Of a stretch of DNA of 64,000 nt, positions 1 to 11,078 are shown piece by piece. A program made the position numbers and the translations under genes. Below the pieces are notes generated by a model. It was not told the origin of the DNA and searched no databases. It worked only from the letters and a program-made list of their open reading frames with translations. Position 1 is the first letter of the stretch; each line of letters starts with the position of its first letter. The DNA comes from Candidatus Dormibacteria bacterium (lineage in GTDB: Bacteria; Chloroflexota; Dormibacteria; Aeolococcales; Bog-877). The stretch is from contig JBOHUM010000010.1 in assembly GCA_050734515.1 (NCBI GenBank), forward strand, positions 675 through 64,674, in the 5' to 3' direction.

Positions 1-1062
1 GGGCTTGCCGTCTGGCGGGGCCAGCTCCTGGAGCAGCTGCCGCTGGCGCTCGGTGAGACGGCTCGGTATCACCACCCGCAGCCGCACCACCTGGTCGCCC
101 CGGCGGCCGGTGCGGGGATCGGGCGCCCCCCTGCCGGGGATGCGCACCTGCTGGCCGTACTGGCTGCCGGGCTTGACCACCAGCTGGACAGGCCCGTCCA
201 CGGTGGGCACCTCGATGGTGTCGCCCAGCGCCGCCTGGGAGACGGTGATCGGGCACTCGAAGAGGATGGTCATGCCCCGCCGCTGGAGGTGCTCGTCGGG
301 CCGGACCGTGATCAGCAGGTAGAGGTCCCCGGGGGGGCCGCCCCGGGGACCCGCGGCGCCCTCGCCAGGCACCCTCACCTGCATCTCGTTGTCGACCCCG
401 GCTGGGATCTGAACCTCCACCGACTTGCTGGCGTCGACCAGCCCCTGGCCGTGGCAGCTGGGGCAGGGAGATTCGATCACCTGGCCCTCGCCCTGGCAGC
501 GGGGACAGGTCTCCACCGTGACCATCTGCCCTAGCAGCGACTGGCGCACCCGCTGCACCTGGCCCTGGCCACCGCACTCCCGGCAGGGCTGGGTGGCGGT
601 CCCGGCCTTGGCCCCGCTGCCCTCGCACTCGGGACAGGCGCTGGGCTTGGTGACGTCGAAGGTGCGGGTCACCCCCCGGATCGCCTCCTCGAACTCCACC
701 GTCACCTGGAGCCGGAGGTCCTGGCCCCGGCGGGGACCGCTGCGCCGGCGTTGCCCCCCGGCCGCCCCGGCGAAGAACATGTCGAACAGGTCGAATGCCG
801 ACTGGAAGTTGAAGGCCCCGCCAGCAGCGAAGCCCTCGCCGGCGTGGCCGAAGGAGTCGTAGCGCTGCCGGCGCCCGGGGTCGGAGAGCACCTGGTAGGC
901 CTCACCGATCTCCTTGAAGCGCTCCTCAGCCTCGTGGTCGCCGGGGTTGCGATCCGGGTGGTAGCGCATCGCCAGGCTGCGGTAGGAGCGCTTGAGCTCA
1001 GCCTGGCTGGCCTGGCGGCCCACCCCTAGCACCTCGTAGTAGTCGCGCTTGGTCTGAGGCAA
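1..1062 (-). CDS. dnaJ: Chaperone DnaJ (C-terminal end cut by window edge)
   Basis: The minus-strand frame is open from a TTG at 1062 (3 nt after the grpE stop) to the window edge. My translation gives a J domain (DYYEVLGV...YHPDRNP), a G/F-rich linker, four CxxCxGxG zinc-finger repeats and a C-terminal domain. It is absent from the ORF track because it runs off the window. Confidence 0.9.
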   Translation of the reverse strand, partial: MPQTKRDYYEVLGVGRQASQAELKRSYRSLAMRYHPDRNPGDHEAEERFKEIGEAYQVLSDPGRRQRYDSFGHAGEGFAAGGAFNFQSAFDLFDMFFAGAAGGQRRRSGPRRGQDLRLQVTVEFEEAIRGVTRTFDVTKPSACPECEGSGAKAGTATQPCRECGGQGQVQRVRQSLLGQMVTVETCPRCQGEGQVIESPCPSCHGQGLVDASKSVEVQIPAGVDNEMQVRVPGEGAAGPRGGPPGDLYLLITVRPDEHLQRRGMTILFECPITVSQAALGDTIEVPTVDGPVQLVVKPGSQYGQQVRIPGRGAPDPRTGRRGDQVVRLRVVIPSRLTERQRQLLQELAPPDGKP

Positions 1063-1065
1063 GGG

Positions 1066-1653
1066 TTATTCCGCGGGCTCCTCGAGGCCGTTCTGGGGCC
1101 GCGCTCGCGGCGGCCGGGGCCGCGCCCCGGGTCGGGGCGGACCGGGCCCCTTGGGGGTGGCGGCCACGCTCACCTGGGCGGGGCGCACCACCCGGTCGTG
1201 GATCACGTAGCCGGGCACCAGCTCCGCCACCACTGTCCCCGGCTCCTGGTCGCTGTCGGTCACGCTCATCACCGCGTCGTGGAGCCTGGGGTCGAAGCGC
1301 TGCCCCGCCGCCGGGATCCGGTTCACCCCCTGGCTGGCCAGCGCCTCCTGCAGCTGGCGCATGGTCAGGCGGAGGCCCTCGGCCACCGCGTCGGAGGCGT
1401 CCTCGGGGATGTGGGCCACCGCCCGGGCCAGGTTGTCGAGCGCCGGCAGGATCGCCTCCAGGAGCGCCGCCGAGCCATAGCGGGTGAGCTCCAGGCTCTC
1501 CTGATTCTTGCGGCGGCGGAAGTTCTCGAAGTCCGCGGAGAGCCGCAGGTAACTGGCGTTGAGGCGTGCCAGCTCGGCCTCCAGCTCCCCGATCTGGCCC
1601 GACTCCGCCTCCGGCCCCGGCTCGGGCGAACGGTCGACGCTGCTGTCAGTCAC
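1066..1653 (-). CDS. grpE: Nucleotide exchange factor GrpE
   Basis: 195-aa ORF with GrpE-like core motifs (LRLSADFENFRRR, ILPALDNL, GYVIHDRVVRPAQV). It sits between hrcA and dnaJ. Confidence 0.9.
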   Translation of the reverse strand: MTDSSVDRSPEPGPEAESGQIGELEAELARLNASYLRLSADFENFRRRKNQESLELTRYGSAALLEAILPALDNLARAVAHIPEDASDAVAEGLRLTMRQLQEALASQGVNRIPAAGQRFDPRLHDAVMSVTDSDQEPGTVVAELVPGYVIHDRVVRPAQVSVAATPKGPGPPRPGARPRPPRARPQNGLEEPAE

Positions 1654-1698
1654 GCTGGGCGCCCGCGCCGGTGATCACCTCCCGCGCGCCGGCGGGGC

Positions 1699-2715
1699 TC
1701 AAGCCATCAGCCGCGTCAGGGCGGCCCCGGTCGCCTGGGAAACCAGTTGCAGCCGAGCCGCCACCTGGCCGTAGCGGATCCGGGTCGGGCCGACCACGCC
1801 GATCGTGCCCCAGACTTGCTCGCCCGCCTGGTAGCTGGTCAGCACCAGGCTGCACTCCCGCAGCTCCTCGATGGCGTTCTCGTGGCCGATCACCACCTGC
1901 ATCCCCACCTGCGGTGCCAGCTGCACCAGGACATCGGCCAGCAGCCGCTGAGCCTCGAGCACCTCCAGAACCGCCCCCAGGCGGGCGGGATCGCCGAACT
2001 CCGGCTGGCGCACCAGGTTGCGAACCCCGTCGTGGATCACCAGCGCCGAACGCTCCTGGAGGTGGCGCAGGCCTCGGGCCAGCTCGGCAGCCAGGGCGCC
2101 CAGGCCGACGGGCTGGTCCGGCCCCGGGAGCTCTGCTTCCACCTCCTCCGGGGAGCGGCCCTGATAGAGGCGATTGAGGTGCGCCGCCAAGGAGCTCAGG
2201 TCCTCCTGGTCGAGCTCGGGGTCGACCTCCACCTGATGCTGGTAGGCGGCGTTGCCGGTGGCGATCTCCACCAGCAGCGCCTGGCCGGGATGGACCAGGA
2301 CCAGGTCGACGTGGCGCACCCGGCAGGCGTTGCTGGCAGGGCCGGTGACCACGGCGACGTTGTCACTGAGCCGGCTCAGCACCGCCGCCGCCATCTCCAG
2401 CACCGCCTCCACATCGTGGCCGGCGGACTCGAACCCCTGCCGGACCTGGCGCCGGACCCCGGGCTCGACCACCTCCTGGGGAAGGAGGAAGTCGACGAAG
2501 TAGCGGTAGCCGCGGTCAGTGGGGATACGGCCCGCGGAGGCGTGGGGCTGGGCCAGAAAGCCGTCGTCGACCAGCTCGGAGAGCTCGTTGCGGATGGTGG
2601 CCGAGCTCAGCTCCAGGAAGTAGCGCGCCGCCAGGGCGTGGGATCCCACCGGGATCACGGTCTCGGTGTAGTCGGACACCACCGCCCGCAGAATCCGCTC
2701 CTTGCGCTGGTCCAT
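1699..2715 (-). CDS. hrcA: Heat-inducible transcription repressor HrcA
   Basis: 338-aa ORF. The N-terminal winged helix (ERILRAVVSDY...IRNELSELVDDGFL...HASAGRIPTDRGYRYFVD) is typical of HrcA. A perfect CIRCE operator lies just upstream. Confidence 0.95.
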   Translation of the reverse strand: MDQRKERILRAVVSDYTETVIPVGSHALAARYFLELSSATIRNELSELVDDGFLAQPHASAGRIPTDRGYRYFVDFLLPQEVVEPGVRRQVRQGFESAGHDVEAVLEMAAAVLSRLSDNVAVVTGPASNACRVRHVDLVLVHPGQALLVEIATGNAAYQHQVEVDPELDQEDLSSLAAHLNRLYQGRSPEEVEAELPGPDQPVGLGALAAELARGLRHLQERSALVIHDGVRNLVRQPEFGDPARLGAVLEVLEAQRLLADVLVQLAPQVGMQVVIGHENAIEELRECSLVLTSYQAGEQVWGTIGVVGPTRIRYGQVAARLQLVSQATGAALTRLMA

Positions 2716-2740
2716 GGCCTCTTCTGGGATTGGCGGCTGA

Positions 2741-2767
2741 TTAGCACTCCTGCATCCCGAGTGCTAA
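2741..2767 (-). promoter_or_regulatory. CIRCE operator (HrcA binding site)
   Basis: TTAGCACTC-N9-GAGTGCTAA read directly at 2741-2767. This is a perfect match to the CIRCE inverted-repeat consensus, 26 nt upstream of the hrcA start. Confidence 0.9.
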
Positions 2768-2849
2768 CTCGAGTCTACCACCGCCAGGGGCTCGGGCGAA
2801 GTCACGGGGATGAGACGGATGTCGGCCGGGGCCACGCTACCATCTGACG

Positions 2850-3650
2850 ATGGCGACCCGGATCCTGCCTCCGGCGGACCCCAACCGCGCCTCGCACCAC
2901 CGAGGTCCGGGGGCGGTGGCCGGGGGGCAGGAGCGCGAGCGCCTGGCAAGGCGGGCCGGGATCCGCGAGGTCGTCTTCGGTGTCCAGGACGGCCTGCTCA
3001 CCACCCTGGGCCTGACCACCGGGGTGGCCACCGCCACCGCCGGGGCGGCGGTGGCCCACACCAGCGTGCTCATCGCCGGGCTGGTGGGCTCGCTGGCGGG
3101 GATGATCTCGATGGGGACCGGCGCCTACCTGGCCACCAGCGCCGCCCGGGACCTCAAGCACGCCGCCATCCACAAGGAGCGCCTGGAGCTGGAGAACCAG
3201 CCCGAGGAGGAGCTGGTGGAGATGGCCGCCATGCTCCACGAGCGGGGGGTGCCCGAGGCCGAGGCGCAGGACATCGCCCGGGCCCTGGCCCGCCACCCCC
3301 GGCTCTGGGAGGAGACCCACATCGAGAAGGAGCTGGGGATCTCCAGCCAGCTGCGCGACTCGCCGGTCAAGGACGGCCTGCTGATGGCCGCGACCTTCCT
3401 TCTGGGAGCGATCTTCCCCGTGCTCCCCTACGTCATCCTCACCGGGCTGGCGGCGATCGTGCTCTCCCTGGTGCTCTCGGCGGTGGGCCTGACCGTGGTC
3501 GGGCTGCTCAAGGCGGCGGTAATCGGTCAGAAGCTGTACGTGGGCGGCTTGCAGGTGCTGCTGGTGGGGGCGGGCGCGGCCCTGGGCGGCTACATCCTCG
3601 GGGTGCTGCTCCCCCACGCCTTCGGCCTTCACCTGCCCACCGCCAGCTGA
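2850..3650 (+). CDS. VIT1/CCC1-family iron/manganese transporter
   Basis: 266-aa ORF. It has an N-terminal FGVQDGLLTTLGL motif, a cytoplasmic acidic helical insert (ERLELENQPEEELVEMAAML) and C-terminal TM helices, the usual VIT-family layout. Confidence 0.8.
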   Translation: MATRILPPADPNRASHHRGPGAVAGGQERERLARRAGIREVVFGVQDGLLTTLGLTTGVATATAGAAVAHTSVLIAGLVGSLAGMISMGTGAYLATSAARDLKHAAIHKERLELENQPEEELVEMAAMLHERGVPEAEAQDIARALARHPRLWEETHIEKELGISSQLRDSPVKDGLLMAATFLLGAIFPVLPYVILTGLAAIVLSLVLSAVGLTVVGLLKAAVIGQKLYVGGLQVLLVGAGAALGGYILGVLLPHAFGLHLPTAS

Positions 3651-3661
3651 GCCGGGCCTGG

Positions 3662-4820
3662 TCAGGCGGAGGCCAGCTCCAGGCTGAGGCGGTCGAGCAC
3701 CTCCACGCCCCGGGGGGTGGCCCGGACCCGGTCCCCCTCCAGCTCCAGCAGCCCCAGCTCGGCCAGTTCGCGGGCCCGGCCTGACCGCGCCGGGGCCCCT
3801 AGGCTCACCCCCTCGCGGAGGCGCAGCCCGCAGCTGAGCCGTTCCAGCTCCAGCTGCCCCGGGCCCACCGACTCCCAGCCAGCCCGGCCGTGACCGAGCC
3901 GGCTGACCTGACGCAGGTAGGCGTCGGTGCTGCGCCGGTTCCAGTAGCGCACTCCCCCAGCCGACGGAGCCGGCTCCATCCCCAACCGGGCTCCGAGCTC
4001 GGGGCCGAGGAAGCCGTGGGCGCCGGCGCCGGCGGCCAGGTAGTGCTCCCCCCGCCAGTAGGCGAGGTGGTGACGGGAGCGATGCCCGGGAAGCGCGTAG
4101 TTGCTCACCTCGTAGTGTTCCAGGCCGGCCGCCAGCAGCCGCTGCCGGGCCAGCCGGTGCTGCTCCAGGAAGTCGTCCTCGCTGGGGGCGGGGGCGCGCC
4201 GAGCGGCGATTCGCCGCGCCAGGGGCGTGCCCGCCTCCACCGTCAGTTCGTAGCAGGAGACGTGTTCGGGGCGATGGCGGAGCAGCGTCTCCAGGCCCCG
4301 GACGAAGACCGCGGTCGGCTGCACCGGCACGGCATAGATGAGGTCGCAGCTGAGGTTGTCGAACCCGGCCCGACGAGCGGCCGTGATGGCCCGGTGGGCG
4401 GCGGCCGCGTCATGGTTGCGCCCCAGCCAGCCCAGGACGCGGTCGTCCAGGCTCTGCACCCCCAGGCTGAGCCGGTTGACCCCCAGGCTGCGCCACTGGC
4501 GGGCCCGGGCCCGGTTGACGTCGGCGGGATTGGCCTCCAGGGTGACCTCGGCGGCGGCCGCCAGCCGGAAGTGGCGGGCCACCTCCCCCAGGAGCCGCTC
4601 CAGGAGGTCCAACCGCAGCAGGCTGGGGGTGCCCCCACCCAGGTAGAGACTCTGCAAGCTCGTCGCCACCCCGCTGGCCTCCCCCAGCCGGGCCAGCTCC
4701 CGGCCCAGGGCCTGGACGTAGGCCTCCTGGAGGCGATCGCCCCCCACCCGGATCGCGAAGTCGCAGTAGGGGCAGCGGCGGCTGCAGAAGGGGACGTGCA
4801 GGTAGAGGGCGCGCGGGGCT

Positions 4821-4831
<11 letters not shown>
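3662..4831 (-). CDS. hemW: Radical SAM heme chaperone HemW / oxygen-independent coproporphyrinogen oxidase-like
   Basis: 389-aa ORF with the radical SAM cluster motif [10 protein letters not shown] near the N-terminus and a HemN-like C-terminal domain. It shows the conserved lepA-hemW adjacency. Confidence 0.85.
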
Positions 4832-6632
<1,801 letters not shown>

Positions 6633-7433
6633 CTGATCGGCGATTATCGCGTCCGCCTGGCGCGCTCCCTGGAGGACCTGGGCTGCGTCAGCCGGCTCCA
6701 GGCGGAGATCTGGGGATCGCCGGCGGTGGCCGCCCCGCCCACCCTGCTGCGGGCGCTGGCGGCGGCGGGGGGGATCGTGCTCTTGGCGGAGGTCGGGGGT
6801 CGCGCGGTGGGCTTCGCCTACGGCTTCACCGGCTGGGGCGGGGGCGGGTTCCCCTACCACCGCTCCCACGCCGCCGGGCTGCTGGCCCCGGTCCGGGGCC
6901 AGGGCCTGGGCAAGGCGCTCAAGCTGGCCCAGCGCCGGGAGGCGCTGCGCCGCGGTCTGGAGCGCATGGTGTGGACCTTCGACCCCACCCAGGCCGGCAA
7001 CGCTCACTTCAACCTGCACAGCCTGGGCGCCGTCGGCCGCCGCTTTGAACGCAACTACTACGGCAGCCGGGAGGACGCCCTCAACCAGGACGGCCCCACC
7101 GACCGCGTGGTGGTGGAGTGGTTCCTCAGGCCGACGGAGCAGCGCCACCTGGAGCGGGCCCGGGGAGCGGAGGCGGGCGTCTTCGTCGAGCTACCCCCGG
7201 CCGCGGCGGGGCTCAGCCGGCCCCGGCAGCCGGGCCGGCGCCGGCTGCGCTCCCAGCTGGAGGCGGGCTTCGCCGCCGGCCTGGAGATCGTCGACTTCGA
7301 GCGCTCGAGCAACCGCTACCGCTTCGCTCAGCTCCCGGCGGGGTTCCCGGCGGCCGCCGAAGGCGGCTCCGTCCCCCCCTCCTCGGCCTCGAGGTCGGCC
7401 AGGGCCCCCAACACCTCCAGCTCGCTGCCGTAG
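6633..7433 (+). CDS. GNAT-like acetyltransferase-fold protein (COG3375-like); start uncertain
   Basis: The 3' part of the 561-aa ORF reads like a GNAT core ([16 protein letters not shown]...[32 protein letters not shown]). No ATG or GTG lies near the expected start, so CTG 6633 or ATC 6636 are the candidates. Confidence 0.55.
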   Translation: MIGDYRVRLARSLEDLGCVSRLQAEIWGSPAVAAPPTLLRALAAAGGIVLLAEVGGRAVGFAYGFTGWGGGGFPYHRSHAAGLLAPVRGQGLGKALKLAQRREALRRGLERMVWTFDPTQAGNAHFNLHSLGAVGRRFERNYYGSREDALNQDGPTDRVVVEWFLRPTEQRHLERARGAEAGVFVELPPAAAGLSRPRQPGRRRLRSQLEAGFAAGLEIVDFERSSNRYRFAQLPAGFPAAAEGGSVPPSSASRSARAPNTSSSLP

Positions 7434-7750
7434 GTGAGTTCGGGCAGGAGCTCCAGGCGCTGGCGCAGCCCGGGCTGGCCCCGCAACCAGGCGCCCGCCT
7501 GCCCGGACACCTGCTCGCGGCTGGCGGGATAGCTCACCCCCCCCAGGGCCCGGCGCAGGGCCCACGCCTCGGGTTGCTCGGCTCGGCCGCGGGACACCGA
7601 GAACCGGGGCTGCTCCAGTCCCACCTCGATCTCGAGCTGGCCGGGCTCGCCCAGGGCTGCCCGGCGGACCTTCTCCGCCAGCGCGTCGGCGGCGGGCTCG
7701 GCGTCAGCCACCGGCCGCCCGGAAAAGACCGACCGTGACCGGGGTCCCAC
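7328..7750 (-). CDS. DUF2795-like small protein
   Basis: The 140-aa ORF contains LGGVSYPASREQV...[19 protein letters not shown], which matches the DUF2795 pattern as I recall it. The start is uncertain. It overlaps the convergent GNAT-like gene by 106 nt. Confidence 0.5.
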   Translation of the reverse strand: MGPRSRSVFSGRPVADAEPAADALAEKVRRAALGEPGQLEIEVGLEQPRFSVSRGRAEQPEAWALRRALGGVSYPASREQVSGQAGAWLRGQPGLRQRLELLPELTYGSELEVLGALADLEAEEGGTEPPSAAAGNPAGS

Positions 7751-7873
7751 CTTCGTGGGAGGACGGTCCCCAGATCACGACCGGCGGCCCCAAGCTAGCA
7801 GCCGCCACAGCTAGATCATCCCGGCGCGACCCGGCCGTGACTGGCCGCTCAGGCGGTCGTGACACCTGGGGCC

Positions 7874-8902
7874 TCAGACCTCGCCCAGCACCCGTCGGGC
7901 GGCGTCCGCGATGTCGTGGGGCCGCTGCCCAGGCAGGCTCCGGACCCGGTGCGCCAGCACCATCGGCGCCACCGCTGCCACCTGGCTGAGGCCGGCGTGG
8001 CGCAGCCCCTCCAGGGCGGAGAAGGCCTGGGCCGCCTTGCGCGCCACCAGGTCGGCGCGGTGGCCGTCCACCTCGAGCAGGATCGCCAGCCGGGCGATGG
8101 CCTCCAGCACCGGCGCCGCCACTTCCACCTCTGGGAGCGCGGCGATGGCGACCTGGATCCGCCGCTGCGCCTCGGACTCCTGCTCCGCCCACTCCGCGGC
8201 GAAGGCCTCGGGGTCGTGCTCGAAGCGCTCCCGGCGGAGCACGATCTCGACCCGGGCGGCGATCTCCTGGATCCCGGCGACATCCACGCAGAGCCCGAAC
8301 CGGTCCAGGAGCTGGGGCCGGAGGTCACCCTCCTCGGGATTCATGGTCCCCACCAGAATGAATCGGGAAGGGTGCCAGACCGAGATCCCCTCCCGCTCCA
8401 CCACGTTCACCCCCATGGCCGCGGCGTCGAGCAGGACGTCGACGATGTGATCGTCGAGCAGGTTTACCTCGTCGACGTAGAGGATCTGGCGGTTGGCCTC
8501 CGCCAGCACCCCTGGCTCGAAGCGCCGCTGCCCGGAGTGAATCGCCGCCTCCAGGTCGATCGAGCCCACCACCCGGTCCTCGGAGGCGTTGATCGGCAGC
8601 TCCACCACCCGCATCTGGCGCCGCTCGGAGGCCAGCTCCTCGCCCGCCGCCAGGCGCGCCTGGCAGTCCAGGCAGCGAGGCTCAGCCTGGAGTGAGCAGC
8701 CGTAGTGGCAGCCCACCACCACCTCCAGCTCGGGCAGCAGCCGGGCCAGGGCTCGGACCGCGGTCGACTTGGCGGTCCCCTTCTCGCCCCGGATCAGGAC
8801 CCCGCCGATGGTGGGGTTGACGGCGTTGAGTTCCAGGGCCAGGCGCATCTGGTCCTGACCCACCAGGGCGGTGAAGGGGTAGACGCTCTGGACCGGGCTC
8901 AC
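7874..8902 (-). CDS. ChlI/BchI-type AAA+ ATPase (Mg-chelatase subunit I-like)
   Basis: 342-aa ORF. Motifs seen: FTALVGQDQMRLAL, Walker A GEKGTAKST, Walker B ILYVDEVNLLDDH, VVEREGISVWHPSRFILVGTMNPEEGDLRPQLLDRFG. Confidence 0.85.
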   Translation of the reverse strand: MSPVQSVYPFTALVGQDQMRLALELNAVNPTIGGVLIRGEKGTAKSTAVRALARLLPELEVVVGCHYGCSLQAEPRCLDCQARLAAGEELASERRQMRVVELPINASEDRVVGSIDLEAAIHSGQRRFEPGVLAEANRQILYVDEVNLLDDHIVDVLLDAAAMGVNVVEREGISVWHPSRFILVGTMNPEEGDLRPQLLDRFGLCVDVAGIQEIAARVEIVLRRERFEHDPEAFAAEWAEQESEAQRRIQVAIAALPEVEVAAPVLEAIARLAILLEVDGHRADLVARKAAQAFSALEGLRHAGLSQVAAVAPMVLAHRVRSLPGQRPHDIADAARRVLGEV

Positions 8903-8937
8903 CCGGGGATTGTCTCAAAGGCCCGAACTCGGCCCTC

Positions 8938-11076
8938 TCAGCCGGGCAGGCGCAGAGCCTCGCTCAGGGGTCGTAGGATCCCGCCCTGGGAGAGGTCGAA
9001 GAGGCCGAAGTAGATGGCGCCCATGCGCTGCGCCAGCTCCAGGCAGGCGTTGAAGCTGTAGCCAGCGAAGCCGGCACTGCGAGCCCCCGGCCGGGCCGCC
9101 CCGGCCCGGGCCACCGGCAGGTGGTCGCGGGAGGAGTCGATCACCAGGGCCCGCACCCGCTCCCGGCGGACCTGGTCGGCGATCCGCTGCGCCTCCAGGA
9201 GCGGTTCCTCGCCCCCGAAGCTGATGTTGCCCCGACCGTCGCTGATCAGAACCAGCAGGGGCAGGACCTCAGGGTCGCGGAGCCGCTCGGTCTTGATCAG
9301 CTGAAGGGCGGCCACCAGGCCGTGGGTGAGCGGGGTGGTGCCGCCGATGGCGATCCGGGCCAGATGGCGCTGGGCGAGCTCGACGCTGGCGGTGGGCCGC
9401 AGCACCACCTGGGCGGTGCGCCCGGAGAAGGAGATCAGGGCGACCCGATCCCGGCGGACGTAGGCGTCCTTGAGCAGGGCCAGGATCGCCCCCCGGGTGG
9501 CGTCCATGCGCTGCTCGGCGTCCATGCTGGCGGAGGCGTCGACGGCGAAGACGATCAGGTTGCCCACCCGCCGCTGGCGCACCTTCTGGCGGAGGTCCCG
9601 AGGCTCGAGCTGCAGGGCCCGGGTCGGTCGCTGGGCCCGGGCCCGTCGCGCCGGCTGGTGGGGGGCGGCCGCGCGCAGGGTGGCGTCCAGGGCCAGGTCG
9701 GTGGGCTTCTCCACCTCCCGGGCTGCGACATAGCGCCCCCGGCGATCCCTGGAGTTGGTCTGGCTGCGGCGGCCCATGCCGGTGCGGCGCAGCCGCTCCC
9801 GGGGGAGCTGGATCCGGCCCACGCTGAAGGACTGGTCCAGCTCCACCGGCTCCTGGGCGGCAGGCCCGCTGCCGGGCTCGCTGCTGGTGGCGGACCGGCT
9901 CCCCAGCTCCCCCTGCCCCTGGGGTTGGGAGGGACCCTCGACCTGGTCGGGCGCGGGCGCGGGGGCGGCGCTTTCGCCCTGCTGAGCGGAGTCGGGTAGG
10001 CCCGACGGCGCCGACTCCCCGGGCGACTCCGGCCCCGCCTCGGCGATCCCCGCCGGGGCCTCGGCCCGGGTGCCGCCCAGGGAGCGGCGCCGGTGCACCA
10101 GTGCCAGCTCGGCCACGTCGGCCAGGTCCTGGAGGCTGACCTCCAGATCCCCGTCGCTGGCGACCCGGTCCCGGGCGGCCCGCAGAGCGCGCTGGGCGCG
10201 CGCCGCCCCCACCAGGACGAGGTCGGAGCGGTGGCCCATCACCTCCTGGTCGACGCTCAGGGTGGCGGCCATGCGCAGCACCGCGGCCGGAACGACTGTC
10301 CGGGAGAGGAGCTGGCGGGCCCCCTCCAACAGCGCTGCCAGCTCGCGGTCGGAGTCAGGGGAAGACCCCTCCTGATCCCGGCGCATGATCTCCACCCGAT
10401 CCTCGAGCCGGCGCAGTCCGCTGACATCGACGCAGATCCCGAAACGGTCGAGAAGCTGGGGGCGGAGGTCGCCCTCCTCGGGGTTCATGGTCCCGACCAG
10501 GATGAAACGGGCGGGGTGGACCACCGAGATCCCCTCGCGCTCGACCACGTTGACGCCGCTGGCAGCGGCGTCAAGGAGAACGTCCACCAGGTGGTGCTCG
10601 AGGAGATTGACCTCGTCGACGTAGAGCACCTGGCGGTTGGCCTCGGCGAGCAGGCCGGGCTGGTAGGCGCGCCGCCCCTCCCGCAGGGCCCGCTCCAGGT
10701 CGATCGAGCCCGCCACCCGGTCCTCGGAGGCGCCCAGAGGCAGCTCCACCACCCGGGTTGGCACCCGCCTGGTGGGCAGCACCTCGCCCGCCAACCGGCG
10801 CCGCCGGCAGTCCTGGCACTGCTCGGGACCCTCGGGGGAGCAGCCGTAGGGGCAGTCGGCGACCTGCTCCTGATCGGGCAGGATCGCTGCCAGCGCCCGG
10901 GCCAACGTCGACTTGGCCGTGCCCCGCTGGCCCCGGATCAGCACCCCGCCCAGGTGCGGCTCCACCGCGGCCAGCAGCAGCGCCAGCTTCATGCGCTCCT
11001 GCCCGACCACGGCGCCGAAGCGGGCCTGGGGGGCGAAGACCGAGGTCGGCGCCGGGGATGGCTGGCTGGCCGGCAC
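8938..11076 (-). CDS. ChlD/BchD-type protein (AAA+ module, Pro/acidic linker, C-terminal vWA domain)
   Basis: 712-aa ORF with a GTG start. The N-terminal half is paralogous to the ChlI-like gene (GQRGTAKST, LYVDEVNLLEHH, NPEEGDLRPQLLDRFG). The C-terminal vWA domain has the MIDAS-type motif VFAVDASASM. Confidence 0.85.
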   Translation of the reverse strand: MPASQPSPAPTSVFAPQARFGAVVGQERMKLALLLAAVEPHLGGVLIRGQRGTAKSTLARALAAILPDQEQVADCPYGCSPEGPEQCQDCRRRRLAGEVLPTRRVPTRVVELPLGASEDRVAGSIDLERALREGRRAYQPGLLAEANRQVLYVDEVNLLEHHLVDVLLDAAASGVNVVEREGISVVHPARFILVGTMNPEEGDLRPQLLDRFGICVDVSGLRRLEDRVEIMRRDQEGSSPDSDRELAALLEGARQLLSRTVVPAAVLRMAATLSVDQEVMGHRSDLVLVGAARAQRALRAARDRVASDGDLEVSLQDLADVAELALVHRRRSLGGTRAEAPAGIAEAGPESPGESAPSGLPDSAQQGESAAPAPAPDQVEGPSQPQGQGELGSRSATSSEPGSGPAAQEPVELDQSFSVGRIQLPRERLRRTGMGRRSQTNSRDRRGRYVAAREVEKPTDLALDATLRAAAPHQPARRARAQRPTRALQLEPRDLRQKVRQRRVGNLIVFAVDASASMDAEQRMDATRGAILALLKDAYVRRDRVALISFSGRTAQVVLRPTASVELAQRHLARIAIGGTTPLTHGLVAALQLIKTERLRDPEVLPLLVLISDGRGNISFGGEEPLLEAQRIADQVRRERVRALVIDSSRDHLPVARAGAARPGARSAGFAGYSFNACLELAQRMGAIYFGLFDLSQGGILRPLSEALRLPG

Positions 11077-11078
11077 CG

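Noticed and set aside
6633-7148. 172-codon N-terminal extension of the lepA ORF (775 aa in the track)
   Set aside because: LepA homologs begin at the [16 protein letters not shown] region. The extension is Arg/Gly/Pro-rich noise and overlaps the GNAT-like gene on the other strand.
7328-7433. 106-nt convergent overlap between the GNAT-like gene and the DUF2795-like gene as a possible frameshift or mis-assembly
   Set aside because: Both frames are open, and both tails look like disordered C-termini. Without comparative data I cannot tell a genuine overlap from over-extended ends, so it is not promoted to a finding.
7874-11076. Reading the ChlI/ChlD-like genes as evidence for (bacterio)chlorophyll synthesis or phototrophy
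   Set aside because: No bchH/chlH, no other bch/chl genes and no photosystem genes are in the window. ChlI/ChlD-like pairs occur in non-phototrophs.
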